Positions 10,013 to 20,839 of a stretch of DNA of 64,000 nt are shown here, piece by piece. This DNA comes from Acidobacteriota bacterium (lineage in GTDB: Bacteria > Acidobacteriota > Blastocatellia > RBC074), in the NCBI GenBank assembly GCA_031423495.1, contig JANPFP010000073.1, positions 36,968 to 100,967 on the forward strand, read 5' to 3'. The notes below the pieces were generated by a model. That model was given only the letters and a program-made list of their open reading frames with translations, was not told the origin of the DNA and ran no database searches. The first letter of the stretch is position 1, and each line of letters starts with the position of its first letter. The translations under genes were made by a program, and so were the position numbers.

Positions 10013-10786
10013 TCAATGTTGTCTGATTTTGCGGAAGGCGGCAGGCGGCAGGCCGAGGAAGCGATGAAACTGGCGCGTGAAAAAATAGACATCGCTATAA
10101 CCCAATTGAGCGGCAATCTCTTTGATTGGCAAATCGGTTTCGTCCAGCAAGGTGCGCGCGCGCATCACGCGGCGATGCAACAAGTAATCGTGCAAGGGTT
10201 GGCCGGTTTCCTGTTTGAAGCGGCGGCGCAAGGTGCTGAGTCCCATTTTTAACTTGTCGGCGATTTGCTGGTAATCGGGCAAGAAGTCGTCACTCGCATC
10301 AAGTTCGGCAATCAGTTGTTCCAACCACAGCGCGCGCGCGGGCGCTTGGGCGCGTAACTCTGCCAGTTCAATCAACAGGCGTTCGAGCAAATTGACGGCG
10401 CGCAGATTTCCCCAGCGGTCGGTGCGCATAGCCTGAGCGAGCAATTCGTCAAAAGGCGCGGCGAAATCCCGTCCGCCGGGAATCGGTTGCGGTTTGACGA
10501 GCAACAAGCCGTCGGCGATCCAGCGTTGCACCAACGGGCCTTTGAAAGCTACGTAACGATGTTCCCAAAACTTGTGGCCCGCTGCCGGATGGTAGCGCGT
10601 GCGCGGCCCCGGATTAGTCGGCCAGAACCACTTGCCGCTCAGGGCGTAATGTTCGGCCTCATAATACAAATCAATGGCTCCGGCGTTCATGAATTGGAGC
10701 GCGTAATAGCCGTCGAAATGCTTATCAATACGGGCTATGCAGCGCGGCATAGCGGCGCAATGCAAAAAAAGAAGTTCGCTATTCAT
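10013..10786 (-). CDS. AraC family transcriptional regulator
   Basis: Double HTH, LPIKEIAAQLGYSDVYFFTRQF; start could also be 10825. Confidence 0.9.
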   Translation of the reverse strand: MNSELLFLHCAAMPRCIARIDKHFDGYYALQFMNAGAIDLYYEAEHYALSGKWFWPTNPGPRTRYHPAAGHKFWEHRYVAFKGPLVQRWIADGLLLVKPQPIPGGRDFAAPFDELLAQAMRTDRWGNLRAVNLLERLLIELAELRAQAPARALWLEQLIAELDASDDFLPDYQQIADKLKMGLSTLRRRFKQETGQPLHDYLLHRRVMRARTLLDETDLPIKEIAAQLGYSDVYFFTRQFHRFLGLPPAAFRKIRQH

Positions 10787-11271
10787 GGTGAGCAGATAAT
10801 GCAAGAGGATGTTCAGATAGTCCATTCATGCAACGTCGTTTTGGCGTTAGACTTCGCGCTCATCTGGCAGCGGTGACGGTGCCTGCGGACGCATTCCATC
10901 TCTTAATCATCATGAAAAAACGGACGTTCAAAGTTTTGGCGTTGATCGCACTGTTGTGTAGTTGCTGGTCGTTGTTCGAAACGGGCAGCGCGCAAAGCAA
11001 AGTGGATTTCGTGCGTGACATTCAGCCCATTCTGCAAACGAATTGCGTAAGTTGCCACGGGCCGCAAAAAGCGCAGGCGCAGCTGCGCCTTGATGAAAAG
11101 GGAAGCGCACTGACGATGATTCAGCCCGGCAATGCGAAAGCTTCGCGCTTGTTGCAGCGCGTTCTCGGCGAAGGCAGCGAACCGCGTATGCCGCAAGGCA
11201 GCGAATCACTCAAGCCCGCGCAAATCGAATTGCTGCGCCGTTGGATTAACGAAGGCGCGACTTGGCCGGAT

Positions 11272-11296
11272 AATCCGCAATCCGCAATCCGCAATC
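11272..11296. repeat. Heptamer tandem repeat (AATCCGC)x3 + AATC inside the CDS
   Basis: Read directly from sequence. Confidence 0.9.
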
Positions 11297-13227
11297 AAGT
11301 CATTGGGCGTTTGTCGCGCCGCAGCGCCCGGCTTTGCCTGCGGTCAAGAACGCAGCTTGGGTAAAGAATCCGATAGATCGTTTTGTGCTGGCGACGCTTG
11401 AACAACAAGGTATCGCGCCCGCGCCCGAAGCCGAGAAGGCGACGTTGATTCGCCGGTTAAGCCTCGACCTGATTGGCTTGCCGCCAACGCTCAAAGAGAT
11501 TGATAACTTTTTGGCCGATGCCTCGCCGAACGCTTACGAAAAAGCCGTAGACCGTTTGTTAGCTTCGCCGCATTACGGCGAGCGCTGGGGGCGCTGGTGG
11601 TTGGATGCGGCGCGTTATGCCGATACCAATGGCTATGAAAAAGATCACGAACGCCCGGTCTGGCCTTATCGGGATTGGGTCATCAATTCGTTCAATCAAG
11701 ACAAGCCGTTTGATCAATTCACGGTGGAACAAATCGGCGGTGACTTGTCGCCCAATGCGACGATAGATCAAAAGATTGCCACGGGATTCTTGCGCAATTC
11801 GATGCGCAACGAAGAGGCCGCCGTCGAGCCGGAACAGTTTCGCGTTGAGGAACTCATTGATCGCGTAGACGCCATTGGCAAAGCCTTTCTCGGTTTGACC
11901 GTCAATTGTGCGCAATGCCATACGCATAAATTCGATCCGATTAAGCACGACGAATACTACAAATTTTATGCGTTTCTGAATCAGGACGAAGACCCGGAAA
12001 TCGAAGTGCCGACTGCGGCAGAAGCAAAAAAACTCGCCAACATTCTCACAGGCATTGCCAAACTCGAAGATGACTTACGCGCAAAGCGTCCTGACCTATC
12101 CACCAAAATGGCGGAGTGGGAAGCGCAGGCAAAGCAAAGCGCGGGCGAATGGACGATTCTTGAGGGTGCTGAAATGGTGGGCACGAACGGCGTAAAGTTT
12201 GAGGAATTCCCTGACCATTCATTCATCCCGCGCGGCGACAGTCCGCCCTCGGTGGCCTATTACCTTTCGGCCAAAACGCCGCTGAAAAATATCACTGGCA
12301 TTAGACTGGAACTGATGACCGATCACTCGTTACCGCGCAGCGGGCCGGGGCGTTCGACACAGGGCGTAGCGTGGGTCTCTGAGTTCACGGTGGAAGCCGC
12401 GCCCGCCGGGCAGGCTGATAAATTGCAGCCGCTTAAACTCAGCACAGCGACAGCCGATTTTGCGCCCGCCACCAATCCCGTTGCGTTGGCAATTGATGGA
12501 AATCCGAAAACTTCGTGGAGCACCGATGCCGGGCCGGGCCTGCGCAATCAAGATCGGCGTGCGGTCTTTGCGTTGCAAGCTCCGATTGCCGGATTCGAGC
12601 AAGGAACGTTGCTCAGGTTTTCGCTGGCGCAAAAAGAATACGAAGAAGGCCGCACGCAACATCTCGAAGCGCCCAATATCGGACGCTTTCGCATCTCGGT
12701 GACGACGCAACCAAACCCTAAAGCCGATCCGTTGCCAACGAACGTGCGGCGCATTCTTGCCGTGCCAATCGCACAGCGCACGGCAGAGCAACAGCGCGAA
12801 GTGTTTCGTTATTACCGCACGACCGTTCGTGAATTTGCTGAGACGAATAAAGCCGCGAACGATTTGCTCAAACAATGGCCTGCTCCCGCGACTACGTTAG
12901 TCGTAACGCCGCGCGCGACGTCGCGCGAAACGCATATTTTCAACCGCGGCGACTGGAAGCGACCGGGCGAAACGGTTACACCCGGCACGCCTTCGTTTTT
13001 GCATCCGTTCCCGGCGGGCGCTCCGCGCAATCGTTTGGGACTGGGGCAATGGCTCGCGGAAAAAAACAATCCGCTCACCGCGCGCGTCATCGTCAATCGC
13101 GTATGGCAGCAATACTTTGGGCAAGGCCTGGTTGTGTCGCCCGAAGATTTCGGTACGCGCTGTGACTTGCCGTCGCATCCGGCGTTGCTGGATTGGCTAG
13201 CAGTCGCTTTCCGCGACGGAATCTCAG

Positions 13228-13375
13228 AGATTTCAGATTTGAGATTGCAGAATGCAGATTCAAAAAACGCCAAAGCGTGGAGCGTGAAAACCATTCATCG
13301 CTTGATCGTTACTAGCGCAACCTATCGGCAATCGTCGCAGCAAAATCTGCCATCTGAAATCTCAAATCTGCAATC
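13228..13375. repeat. Inverted pair of heptamer arrays (AGATTTC-like at 13228-13261, GAAATCT-like at 13342-13375), in frame within DUF1553
   Basis: agatttc agatttg agattgc agaatgc versus aaaatct gccatct gaaatct caaatct gcaatc. Confidence 0.75.
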
Positions 13376-14039
13376 GGTTGACGCAACGAATCGCTTGCTC
13401 GCCCGTGCGCCGCGCTTGCGTGTGGACGCCGAAGCCATCCGCGACATAGCGTTATCGGCGAGCGGATTGCTGAGTTTGAAAATTGGCGGGCCGAGTGTGT
13501 TTCCGCCGATTCCTGAAGGCGCGATGGCGGTGAGCTTTCGCAGCCGCACCGTTTGGGAAACCAGTCAGGGCGAAGATAGCTATCGGCGCGGGATGTATAC
13601 GTTTTGGAAGCGCACTGTGCCTTATCCTTCGATGTCAGTGTTTGACGCGCCCAACGGCGACGTGTCGTGTACGCGGCGCATTCGTTCGAACTCTCCGTTG
13701 CAGGCGCTGACGACCTTGAACGACACCGCGTTTATGGAAGCGGCGCAGGCGTTGGCTTTGCGCGTTTGGAAAGAAGGCGGCGCAGATGATGCGGCAAAAG
13801 TGCGTTACGGCTTTCGGCTGTGTACGAGTCGCTGGCCTGATGCCAAAGAAGAAGCGCGCCTGTTGCAGTTGCTGCGAAAAGAACGCGAACGCTTTGTCGG
13901 CAATACGGCGGCGGCGGTTTATGTCTCTGCGTCTGATTTGAATAACCTGCCCGAGAACATTGACCTGCATCAACTCGCCGCGTGGACGCTGGTCGCGCGC
14001 GTGATGCTGAATCTGGATGAGACGATCACCAAACCCTGA

Positions 14040-14266
14040 GAGTGCGGAGTGCGGAGTGCGGAGTGCGGAGTGTAGGAACAAGAAGATGAACTACTCAAAA
14101 GAAATTAAAAGTGAAATCAAAAAGCTAGTGACGCGGCGTCACTTCTTTCAGGAATGCGGCGTCGGTTTGGGCGCAATCGCGCTCACTACTTTGCTCAACG
14201 ACAAGACGCTAGCTCAAAACACTCCGCACTCCAATTCAGAGCATCGCTCCGACCGCACTCCGCACT
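14040..14266. repeat. (GAGTGCG)x4 intergenic array with complementary CGCACTC units inside the DUF1501 CDS
   Basis: 14040-14072 versus 14220-14232 and 14253-14266. Confidence 0.8.
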
Positions 14267-15537
14267 TCAAGCCGAAGGCCAAGCGTGTGATTTATCTCTT
14301 TCAGGCCGGTGGGCCTTCGCAATTAGAGATGTTCGATCACAAGCCTGGGCTGGTGAAATATAACGGCAAGCCTTGTCCGCCTGAGTTGCTGAAAGGGCAG
14401 ACGCTGGCGTTTATCAAACCGGACGCGGCGTTGTTCGGTACGCAATTCAAGTTCGCTAAACACGGTCAGTCGGGCGCTGAAATGTCAGAGGCGCTGGTGC
14501 ATCTGCCGAAAGTCGCCGACCAAATCACGATCATCAAATCCATGATGACCGAAGGCATCAACCACGCTCCGGCGCAAATTTTCATGCAAACCGGCAGCCA
14601 GCAATTTGGGCGTCCGAGTTTCGGTTCGTGGGTGACTTACGGCTTGGGTTCTGAGTCAAAAGACTTGCCGGGTTTCGTAGTGCTTTCGTCCGCCGGAGGC
14701 ACAAGCGGCGGTTCGAGTTTGTGGGGCAGCGGCTTTCTGCCGACGGTTTATCAAGGCGTACCCTTTCGGCGCACGGGCGATCCGATTCTTTCGCTGGCGA
14801 ATCCGCGCGGCATTTCGCGGGAGATGCAACGCGATTCGCTCGACGCGCTCAAAGACCTGAACCAACACGTGATGGCGAAGACGGGCGATGCTGAAATCGC
14901 TACGCGCATCAACTCGTTCGAGATGGCTTATCGCATGCAAGAAAGCGCACCTGAGTTGATGGACTTGAGCAAGGAAAGCAAAGCGACGCTTGAGTTATAT
15001 GGCGCGGAGCCGGGCAAGAATACTTATGCGAATAACTGTTTGCTGGCACGACGACTGGTCGAGCGCGGCGTACGTTTTGTGCAGCTTTATCACGAAGCCT
15101 GGGATCATCACGGTGAAGTTCACAAAGGCACGTTGGCGCAAAATAAGGAAACCGATCAGGCCAACACAGCTTTGATTTTGGATTTGAAACAACGCGGCTT
15201 GCTCGAAGATACGCTGGTGATTTGGGGTGGCGAATTCGGACGCACGCCGATGATTCAGGGCGAACCCGACGGCAGCAGCAAGGCCGGACGCGATCATCAC
15301 AACAAGGCCTTCACGATGTGGGTCGCGGGCGGCGGCTTCAAGCCCGGCATCACGCTGGGTGAAACTGACGAGTTAGGTTTCAACGTCGTGCGCGATCCCG
15401 TACACGTGCATGACTTGCACGCGACGCTGTTGCAGCAACTCGGATTCGATCACGAGAAATTGACCTATCGCTCTCAAGGGCGCGATTTCAGGCTGACTGA
15501 CGTACATGGTCTCGTGCAGGAAAAGCTGTTAAGCTGA
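14086..15537 (+). CDS. DUF1501 domain protein (sulfatase-like, Tat signal)
   Basis: [55 protein letters not shown]. Confidence 0.92.
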   Translation: MNYSKEIKSEIKKLVTRRHFFQECGVGLGAIALTTLLNDKTLAQNTPHSNSEHRSDRTPHFKPKAKRVIYLFQAGGPSQLEMFDHKPGLVKYNGKPCPPELLKGQTLAFIKPDAALFGTQFKFAKHGQSGAEMSEALVHLPKVADQITIIKSMMTEGINHAPAQIFMQTGSQQFGRPSFGSWVTYGLGSESKDLPGFVVLSSAGGTSGGSSLWGSGFLPTVYQGVPFRRTGDPILSLANPRGISREMQRDSLDALKDLNQHVMAKTGDAEIATRINSFEMAYRMQESAPELMDLSKESKATLELYGAEPGKNTYANNCLLARRLVERGVRFVQLYHEAWDHHGEVHKGTLAQNKETDQANTALILDLKQRGLLEDTLVIWGGEFGRTPMIQGEPDGSSKAGRDHHNKAFTMWVAGGGFKPGITLGETDELGFNVVRDPVHVHDLHATLLQQLGFDHEKLTYRSQGRDFRLTDVHGLVQEKLLS

Positions 15538-15563
15538 CTGCGCTTTGCTGGCATTCACGAATG

Positions 15564-15586
15564 AGGCGAATCACCTTTCGCCCTAC
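15564..15586 (-). repeat. Single GTAG REP-like palindrome
   Basis: Minus strand GTAGGGCGAAAGGTGATTCGCCT. Confidence 0.5.
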
Positions 15587-15682
15587 GACCGACATCCCAA
15601 TTTCACGAATGAGCCTTTCACGCTGCGCCGCAGTGTGTGAGAGCTATCAACTAATTCAAGTTTTATGTGAGGAGAACTGTTT

Positions 15683-18600
15683 ATGAGTTTCAAGCAAGGC
15701 ATCACTACGTTTTGGGCGTTTATGCGCCGACATCTAGTTTATACGGGCTTGCCGATTCCGGCGTTGGCGTTGGCGTTGGCAGTCGCATTGCTGTTGCCGC
15801 TGACGGCGTATTCGCAAGCCGTCAAAGGTTCGCTGCTCGGCACGATCACTGACAGCAATGGCTCGGCAGCGGCGGGCGCTACGGTCACGGCGACTGAAAC
15901 GCGCACTGGCATTTCGGCCAATACGACGACGAACGCTGACGGCAACTATGCGTTCACGAATATCAACAACGGCGTCTATCGCGTAGAAGCTACGTTGACG
16001 GGCTTCAAGAAAGTCGTGCGCGACGAGATCACTGTGGACGTGAACACGACCGTGCGCGTAGACCTCGCGTTGCAAGTCGGTCAGGTCAGCGAGACGATCA
16101 CCATCGAAGCTGCTGCCACGCCGCTGCTGCAAACCGACCGCGCCGACACAGGGCGTTTGATCGAGAGCAAGCAGATTGCCGAATTGCCGCTGGGCTTCGG
16201 ACGCAACTTTCAGGGCTTGCTGGTGACCGTGCCGGGCGCGACTCGTCCGAGCCGTCCGCACTCTGAGTTTTTCAATCCGCAGGATTCGCTCGAATCGAAG
16301 GTCAACGGCCAATCGCGCCTGTCGAATAATTTCATGATCGAGGGCGTAGACAACAATCAGAAAACCGGCTTGCTCACCGTGTTGATTCCCGCCGCCGACG
16401 CGATTGAAACCGTCAGCGTGACGACTTCGAACTTTGACGCCGAACTCGGTCGCGCGGGCGGAGCCGTTTCATCCGTCACGATCAAATCAGGCACGAACAA
16501 TGTGCATGGCAGCGCGTGGTTTTTTGGCAACAACGAAAACACACGCGCGCGCGAGTACTTCACCGGCAATCGCGCGCCGACGCGCTATCGCCAAGTCGGC
16601 TTTGCCGTAGGCGGCCCGATTATCAAGAACAAACTTTTCTATTTCGGCGATTACCAATACACCAACGACAAGCTGGGCAAGGTCAATCGCGCGGTGATTC
16701 CCGTCAGCGAATGGCGCACGGGGAATTTCAGCAACTTCCGCGACAGCGCGGGTAACGTGATTCCGATTTACGACCCGAACACCGGCAATGCCGACGGCAC
16801 GGGACGCACGCCCTTCGCGGGCAATCTCGTACCGCTCGCGCGCATCAGTCCGATTGCGCAAAAGCTGTTGGCCTTTTTGCCCGCGCCGAACGTTGCCGGA
16901 GCCGCACTCGGCACGCCGAATTTTGTCGTGAACACAGTGCGCGCGCGCACGACGCATCAGTTCGACACAAAGGTGAATTACAACCTGAATGACAAGAATG
17001 CTTTCGCGGGGCGCTTCAGCTATCAGCAACCGAAGATTTTCGATCCGGGTGCTTATGGCGTTTATGGCGGCCCGGCGGGCGACGGTTTCGCGGGCAGCGG
17101 CGTGCAGGACGTAATCAGTTCAGCGGTGAACTATACGCGCACGTTCAGCCCGACGTTGATTCTCGAAGCGCGCTTCGGCCTGAGTTGGTATCACAACGTA
17201 GCGACCACGCAGGCGCTCGGCTTGAAGACTTCGCAAGAGGTCGGCATCAACGGCGTCAACGTCAACGAATCGTCTGATGGTTTGACGCGCATTCAAATCA
17301 ACGGATTCACCGCGCCGGTGTTGGGTTTCTCGCCCAGCCTGCCGTGGGATCGCGGCGAAACGACGGTCAACTTACCTGTAACTCTCACCAAACTTTTCGG
17401 CAATCACAGCATCAAGGTCGGCGGCGAATTCCGTCGCAATCGTGACTTTCTCTTGCAGGTGCAAGACAACGGCGGCACGCGCGGACGTTACATTTTCGGC
17501 GGCGCGCAAACCGCCATTCCCGGCAGCAACGTCGCCATCAACGGACTCGGCAACGCCTTCGCTTCGTTCTTGCTGGATCGTCCGAACAGCGTAGGCCGCG
17601 ACCTCACAGTCATTGACGAACCCGGCACGACACATCGCGCCTTCTTCACTTTCGTCAATGACAAATGGCAAGTGAGCAAGCGCCTCACGCTCGATCTGGG
17701 CTTGCGGCATGAGTTTTATCGTCCGCATCGCGGCATCGTCGAAAAAGGCGGACTGTCGAATTACAACATCAACAACAACACGCTCGAAGTCACGGGCTTC
17801 GGCAGCATTCCGGCGAACGTCGGTGTGCGGAATTACTATAAAAACTTCGCGCCGCGTTTGGGTGCGGCGTTTCGCTTCAACGACAAGACCGTTATTCGCG
17901 GCGGTTTCGGTACAAGCATCATTCCGTTCCCCGACAACCGCTATGCGTTCAACTTCCCAGTGAAACAGAACAATCAATTCAACCCGGCGAATACGTTTGC
18001 CGCTGCTGGTTCGATGGCGGCTGGCTTGCCCGCGCCGCAAGTGTTTGCCGTACCCAACGACGGCATCATTCAGGCGAACACGGCGATTCTGTTGAATCAG
18101 GGTTTCTTTAACGTTCCTTCCAATTTGCGCGAAGCGCGTTTGCATTCTTACAACGTCGCTTTTCAACGCGAAATCTTTTGGGGACTGACGGCAGATGTCG
18201 CTTATGTCGGCAACATCGCGCGCGGCATCATTGCCGATTTCAATCTGAACGCAGGCCTGGTTCCCGGTCAGGACAACGCGGGTCGTCCGTTCTTCACGAA
18301 ATTCGGCAAGACGGCTTCGGTGCAAACCTGGTTCCCGACCGACACGCATTACAACTCGTTGCAAATCAAAGTTGACCGTCGTTTCAAAGGCGGCTGGCTC
18401 GTGACGAATAGTTATACGCGCGGTCGCGCCATCACTTATTCCGACGACAACGGCGGCATCGTGACGCCGGCCAATCCTGAACTGAGTCGCGGCCCGGCGG
18501 GCTTTGACCGTCGGCACATCTGGAACTCGACCTTTGTGTGGGACATTCCTTTCGCCAACAAGAGCAACGGCTTTATCAAGTCAGTCTTTGGTGGCTGGCA

Positions 18601-19060
18601 AGTGTCAGGCATTTTCTCGGTGCAATCGGGCACGCCGATTGGTTTCACGGCGGACGGCGCGAACCTGCGCGCGCCGGGCAATACGCAACGCCCGAACGTG
18701 AACGGTACGCCAGAGGTTTACGGCACGATTGGCCCGCGTCCGACAGGCAACACCGACAACAAGTTGCTTTACTTTGACCCGACGGTGTTTTCGGCTCCGG
18801 CGGCGAATACGTTTGGGAACATGCTGCGCAATGATTCGATTCGCGGGCCGGGTTACACCAACTTCGACGGAACGATCATCAAGCGCTTCAAGTTCACCGA
18901 ACGCATCGGCGGCGAAGTCCGCGCCGACGCGCTCAACGTGAGCAACAGCCCGAATTTCAACAACCCCAACGGCGCGTTTGGCAATCCGGCATTCGGACAA
19001 GTCACTAGCACGGTTGGCGGCGAACGGCTCGTACGCTTTGGCGCACGCGTAACGTTCTAA
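15683..19060 (+). CDS. TonB-dependent receptor-like outer membrane protein (Oar-like, carboxypeptidase regulatory-like N-domain)
   Basis: Signal peptide, GTITDSNG, KSGTNNVHG, NFAPRLG, C-terminal RVTF. Confidence 0.92.
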   Translation: MSFKQGITTFWAFMRRHLVYTGLPIPALALALAVALLLPLTAYSQAVKGSLLGTITDSNGSAAAGATVTATETRTGISANTTTNADGNYAFTNINNGVYRVEATLTGFKKVVRDEITVDVNTTVRVDLALQVGQVSETITIEAAATPLLQTDRADTGRLIESKQIAELPLGFGRNFQGLLVTVPGATRPSRPHSEFFNPQDSLESKVNGQSRLSNNFMIEGVDNNQKTGLLTVLIPAADAIETVSVTTSNFDAELGRAGGAVSSVTIKSGTNNVHGSAWFFGNNENTRAREYFTGNRAPTRYRQVGFAVGGPIIKNKLFYFGDYQYTNDKLGKVNRAVIPVSEWRTGNFSNFRDSAGNVIPIYDPNTGNADGTGRTPFAGNLVPLARISPIAQKLLAFLPAPNVAGAALGTPNFVVNTVRARTTHQFDTKVNYNLNDKNAFAGRFSYQQPKIFDPGAYGVYGGPAGDGFAGSGVQDVISSAVNYTRTFSPTLILEARFGLSWYHNVATTQALGLKTSQEVGINGVNVNESSDGLTRIQINGFTAPVLGFSPSLPWDRGETTVNLPVTLTKLFGNHSIKVGGEFRRNRDFLLQVQDNGGTRGRYIFGGAQTAIPGSNVAINGLGNAFASFLLDRPNSVGRDLTVIDEPGTTHRAFFTFVNDKWQVSKRLTLDLGLRHEFYRPHRGIVEKGGLSNYNINNNTLEVTGFGSIPANVGVRNYYKNFAPRLGAAFRFNDKTVIRGGFGTSIIPFPDNRYAFNFPVKQNNQFNPANTFAAAGSMAAGLPAPQVFAVPNDGIIQANTAILLNQGFFNVPSNLREARLHSYNVAFQREIFWGLTADVAYVGNIARGIIADFNLNAGLVPGQDNAGRPFFTKFGKTASVQTWFPTDTHYNSLQIKVDRRFKGGWLVTNSYTRGRAITYSDDNGGIVTPANPELSRGPAGFDRRHIWNSTFVWDIPFANKSNGFIKSVFGGWQVSGIFSVQSGTPIGFTADGANLRAPGNTQRPNVNGTPEVYGTIGPRPTGNTDNKLLYFDPTVFSAPAANTFGNMLRNDSIRGPGYTNFDGTIIKRFKFTERIGGEVRADALNVSNSPNFNNPNGAFGNPAFGQVTSTVGGERLVRFGARVTF

Positions 19061-19088
19061 TCGTCGCTCAAGCAAATGGTTCAGCTAA

Positions 19089-19123
19089 AAGAGCGCCAGT
19101 CCCATCGCGGGGCTGGCGCTCTT
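19089..19123 (+). terminator. Hairpin, probable intrinsic terminator
   Basis: AAGAGCGCCAGTCCC / GGGGCTGGCGCTCTT just after the TonB gene. Confidence 0.6.
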
Positions 19124-19168
19124 GCTGTTAGAATGCGCGCCGTTAATCCACGTCAGTTGAGAACAGCA

Positions 19169-20737
19169 ATGAAATCATTCAATACGGGCGGCGTATGCCA
19201 TCACGACAAGCACTACATGCTCCCTGCGCGCCAAAGGTTTGAGGACGAAGGCGTCAGTGTGAACGTCGAGCGGCTGATTCAGCGAGAGTCGTATTTCGTC
19301 ATTCACGCGCCGCGTCAAGTAGGCAAGACGACGGCGATGCGCGAGTGGGCGAAAGAGTTGACGGCTTCGGGCAAGTACGTTGCGGTGTTGGTTTCGATGG
19401 AAGTGGGTTACGGGTTGAAAGACGACCTCAGCGCGGCAGAGCTTGCCGTACTTGATTCATGGCGGACTACGATTGAGTTGCAACTGCCGCCTGGTTGCCA
19501 AGTACCTGCGTGGCCTGAAGCGCCGCCGGGCCAGCGCATTGGCGCGGCTCTAACGGCACTGACTAAAGCCGTTCCGTTACCGCTGGTGGTTTTTCTCGAT
19601 GAAATAGACGCGCTGCAAGATGACGTGCTGGTATCGGTGCTGCGACAGTTACGTTCAGGATATAACAACCTGCGGCCTACGGCATTTCCCGCGTCATTAG
19701 CGGTAATTGGTTTACGCGATGTGCGCGATTACAAAGTAATGTCAGGTGGCAGCGACCGGCTGGGAACCACCAGCCCATTTAATATCGCTGTGCGTTCGAT
19801 CACCTTGCGGGATTTCAACGCTGAGGAAGTGCGCGCCTTGTTGATGCAGCACACGACGGAAACCGGGCAGCCCTTTACTGACGAAGCGGCGGCTTTGATT
19901 TACGAACAATTGCAAGGACAGCCCTGGCTGGTGAATTCGCTGGCGCAAATTTGCGTGGAAGAATTGGTGGAAGATGTTGCGTTGCCCGTTCGCGCGGAAC
20001 ACGTCAGGCACGCCAGAGAAGTGTTGCTGACGCGGCGTCACGTTCATTTTGCGCAACTGCTCGATAAATTGCGGGAAGAGCGCGTCAGAAACGTTATTGC
20101 CCCGATGCTGGCGGGCGAGTCCATTGAGAGTACGCAAGCGGACGACCGGCAATACGTGGTGGATTTGGGACTCGCGCGCCGCAATCAGGCAGGACAACTG
20201 GAAATCGCCAACCCGCTTTACCGCGAAATCATCCCGCGCGTGCTGGCGACCGACACGCAAGATACGCTTCCGCACATTCAACCCACCTGGTTGAATGCCG
20301 ATGGCAGTTTGAATACTGACCAATTGTTGCAATCTTTCCTCGCCTTCTGGCGGCAGCACGGCGAACCGTTATTGAGAACCGCTGCTTACCACGAAGTTGC
20401 GCCACATCTCGTGCTGATGGCCTTCCTGCGTCGCGTCGCTAACGGCGGCGGCACGCTCGAACGCGAATACGCCATCGGCAGCGGACGCATGGATTTGCTG
20501 TTGCGTTACAGCGCAACACGCTTAGGCATTGAACTCAAAGTCTGGCGCGATGGACGCCCTGACCCGTTGGCGCAAGGCCTGGAACAACTCGACGATTATT
20601 TGCAGGGCTTAGGTTTGATGAGCGGCTGGCTGGTGCTTTTCGATCAACGCACCGGACAACCGCCTATCAGCGAACGTACGACAACTGAAAGTGCAATCAC
20701 CGCGCATGGCCGCGCCATCACGGTGATTCGCGCATGA
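19169..20737 (+). CDS. AAA-like ATPase with C-terminal PD-(D/E)XK nuclease-like domain
   Basis: FNTGG, HAPRQVGKTT, LDEID; EREYAIGSGRMDL...IELK. Confidence 0.85.
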   Translation: MKSFNTGGVCHHDKHYMLPARQRFEDEGVSVNVERLIQRESYFVIHAPRQVGKTTAMREWAKELTASGKYVAVLVSMEVGYGLKDDLSAAELAVLDSWRTTIELQLPPGCQVPAWPEAPPGQRIGAALTALTKAVPLPLVVFLDEIDALQDDVLVSVLRQLRSGYNNLRPTAFPASLAVIGLRDVRDYKVMSGGSDRLGTTSPFNIAVRSITLRDFNAEEVRALLMQHTTETGQPFTDEAAALIYEQLQGQPWLVNSLAQICVEELVEDVALPVRAEHVRHAREVLLTRRHVHFAQLLDKLREERVRNVIAPMLAGESIESTQADDRQYVVDLGLARRNQAGQLEIANPLYREIIPRVLATDTQDTLPHIQPTWLNADGSLNTDQLLQSFLAFWRQHGEPLLRTAAYHEVAPHLVLMAFLRRVANGGGTLEREYAIGSGRMDLLLRYSATRLGIELKVWRDGRPDPLAQGLEQLDDYLQGLGLMSGWLVLFDQRTGQPPISERTTTESAITAHGRAITVIRA

Positions 20738-20740
20738 AAT

Positions 20741-20822
20741 GTAGAGCAACCTTTCCAGGTTGCTCTGTCCCCGGTCACAGACCGTTCACGAATCCCGGAG
20801 CAACCTGGAAAGGTTGCTCTAC
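20741..20822. repeat. REP doublet (REPIN-like), GTAG family
   Basis: GTAGAGCAACCTTTCCAGGTTGCTC ... GAGCAACCTGGAAAGGTTGCTCTAC. Confidence 0.85.
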
Positions 20823-20839
20823 TTCAAGGAGCTAACCCA

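Larger units (their letters stand above)
10912..14039 (+). pseudogene. Planctomycete cytochrome C + DUF1549 + DUF1553 (PSD1) protein, frameshifted at about 11300
   Basis: Signal peptide, VDFVRDIQPIL, CVSCH in frame 1; [38 protein letters not shown] in frame 3; shift lies at an AATCCGC repeat. Confidence 0.85.

Noticed and set aside
14040-14072. Short repeats and REP doublets as CRISPR arrays
   Set aside because: No 23-47 nt repeats with unique spacers, and no cas genes
17372-18517. Long antisense ORFs (also 6251-7270, 48452-49327, 56990-57721)
   Set aside because: Shadows of well-supported genes in GC-rich DNA, with no recognisable motifs
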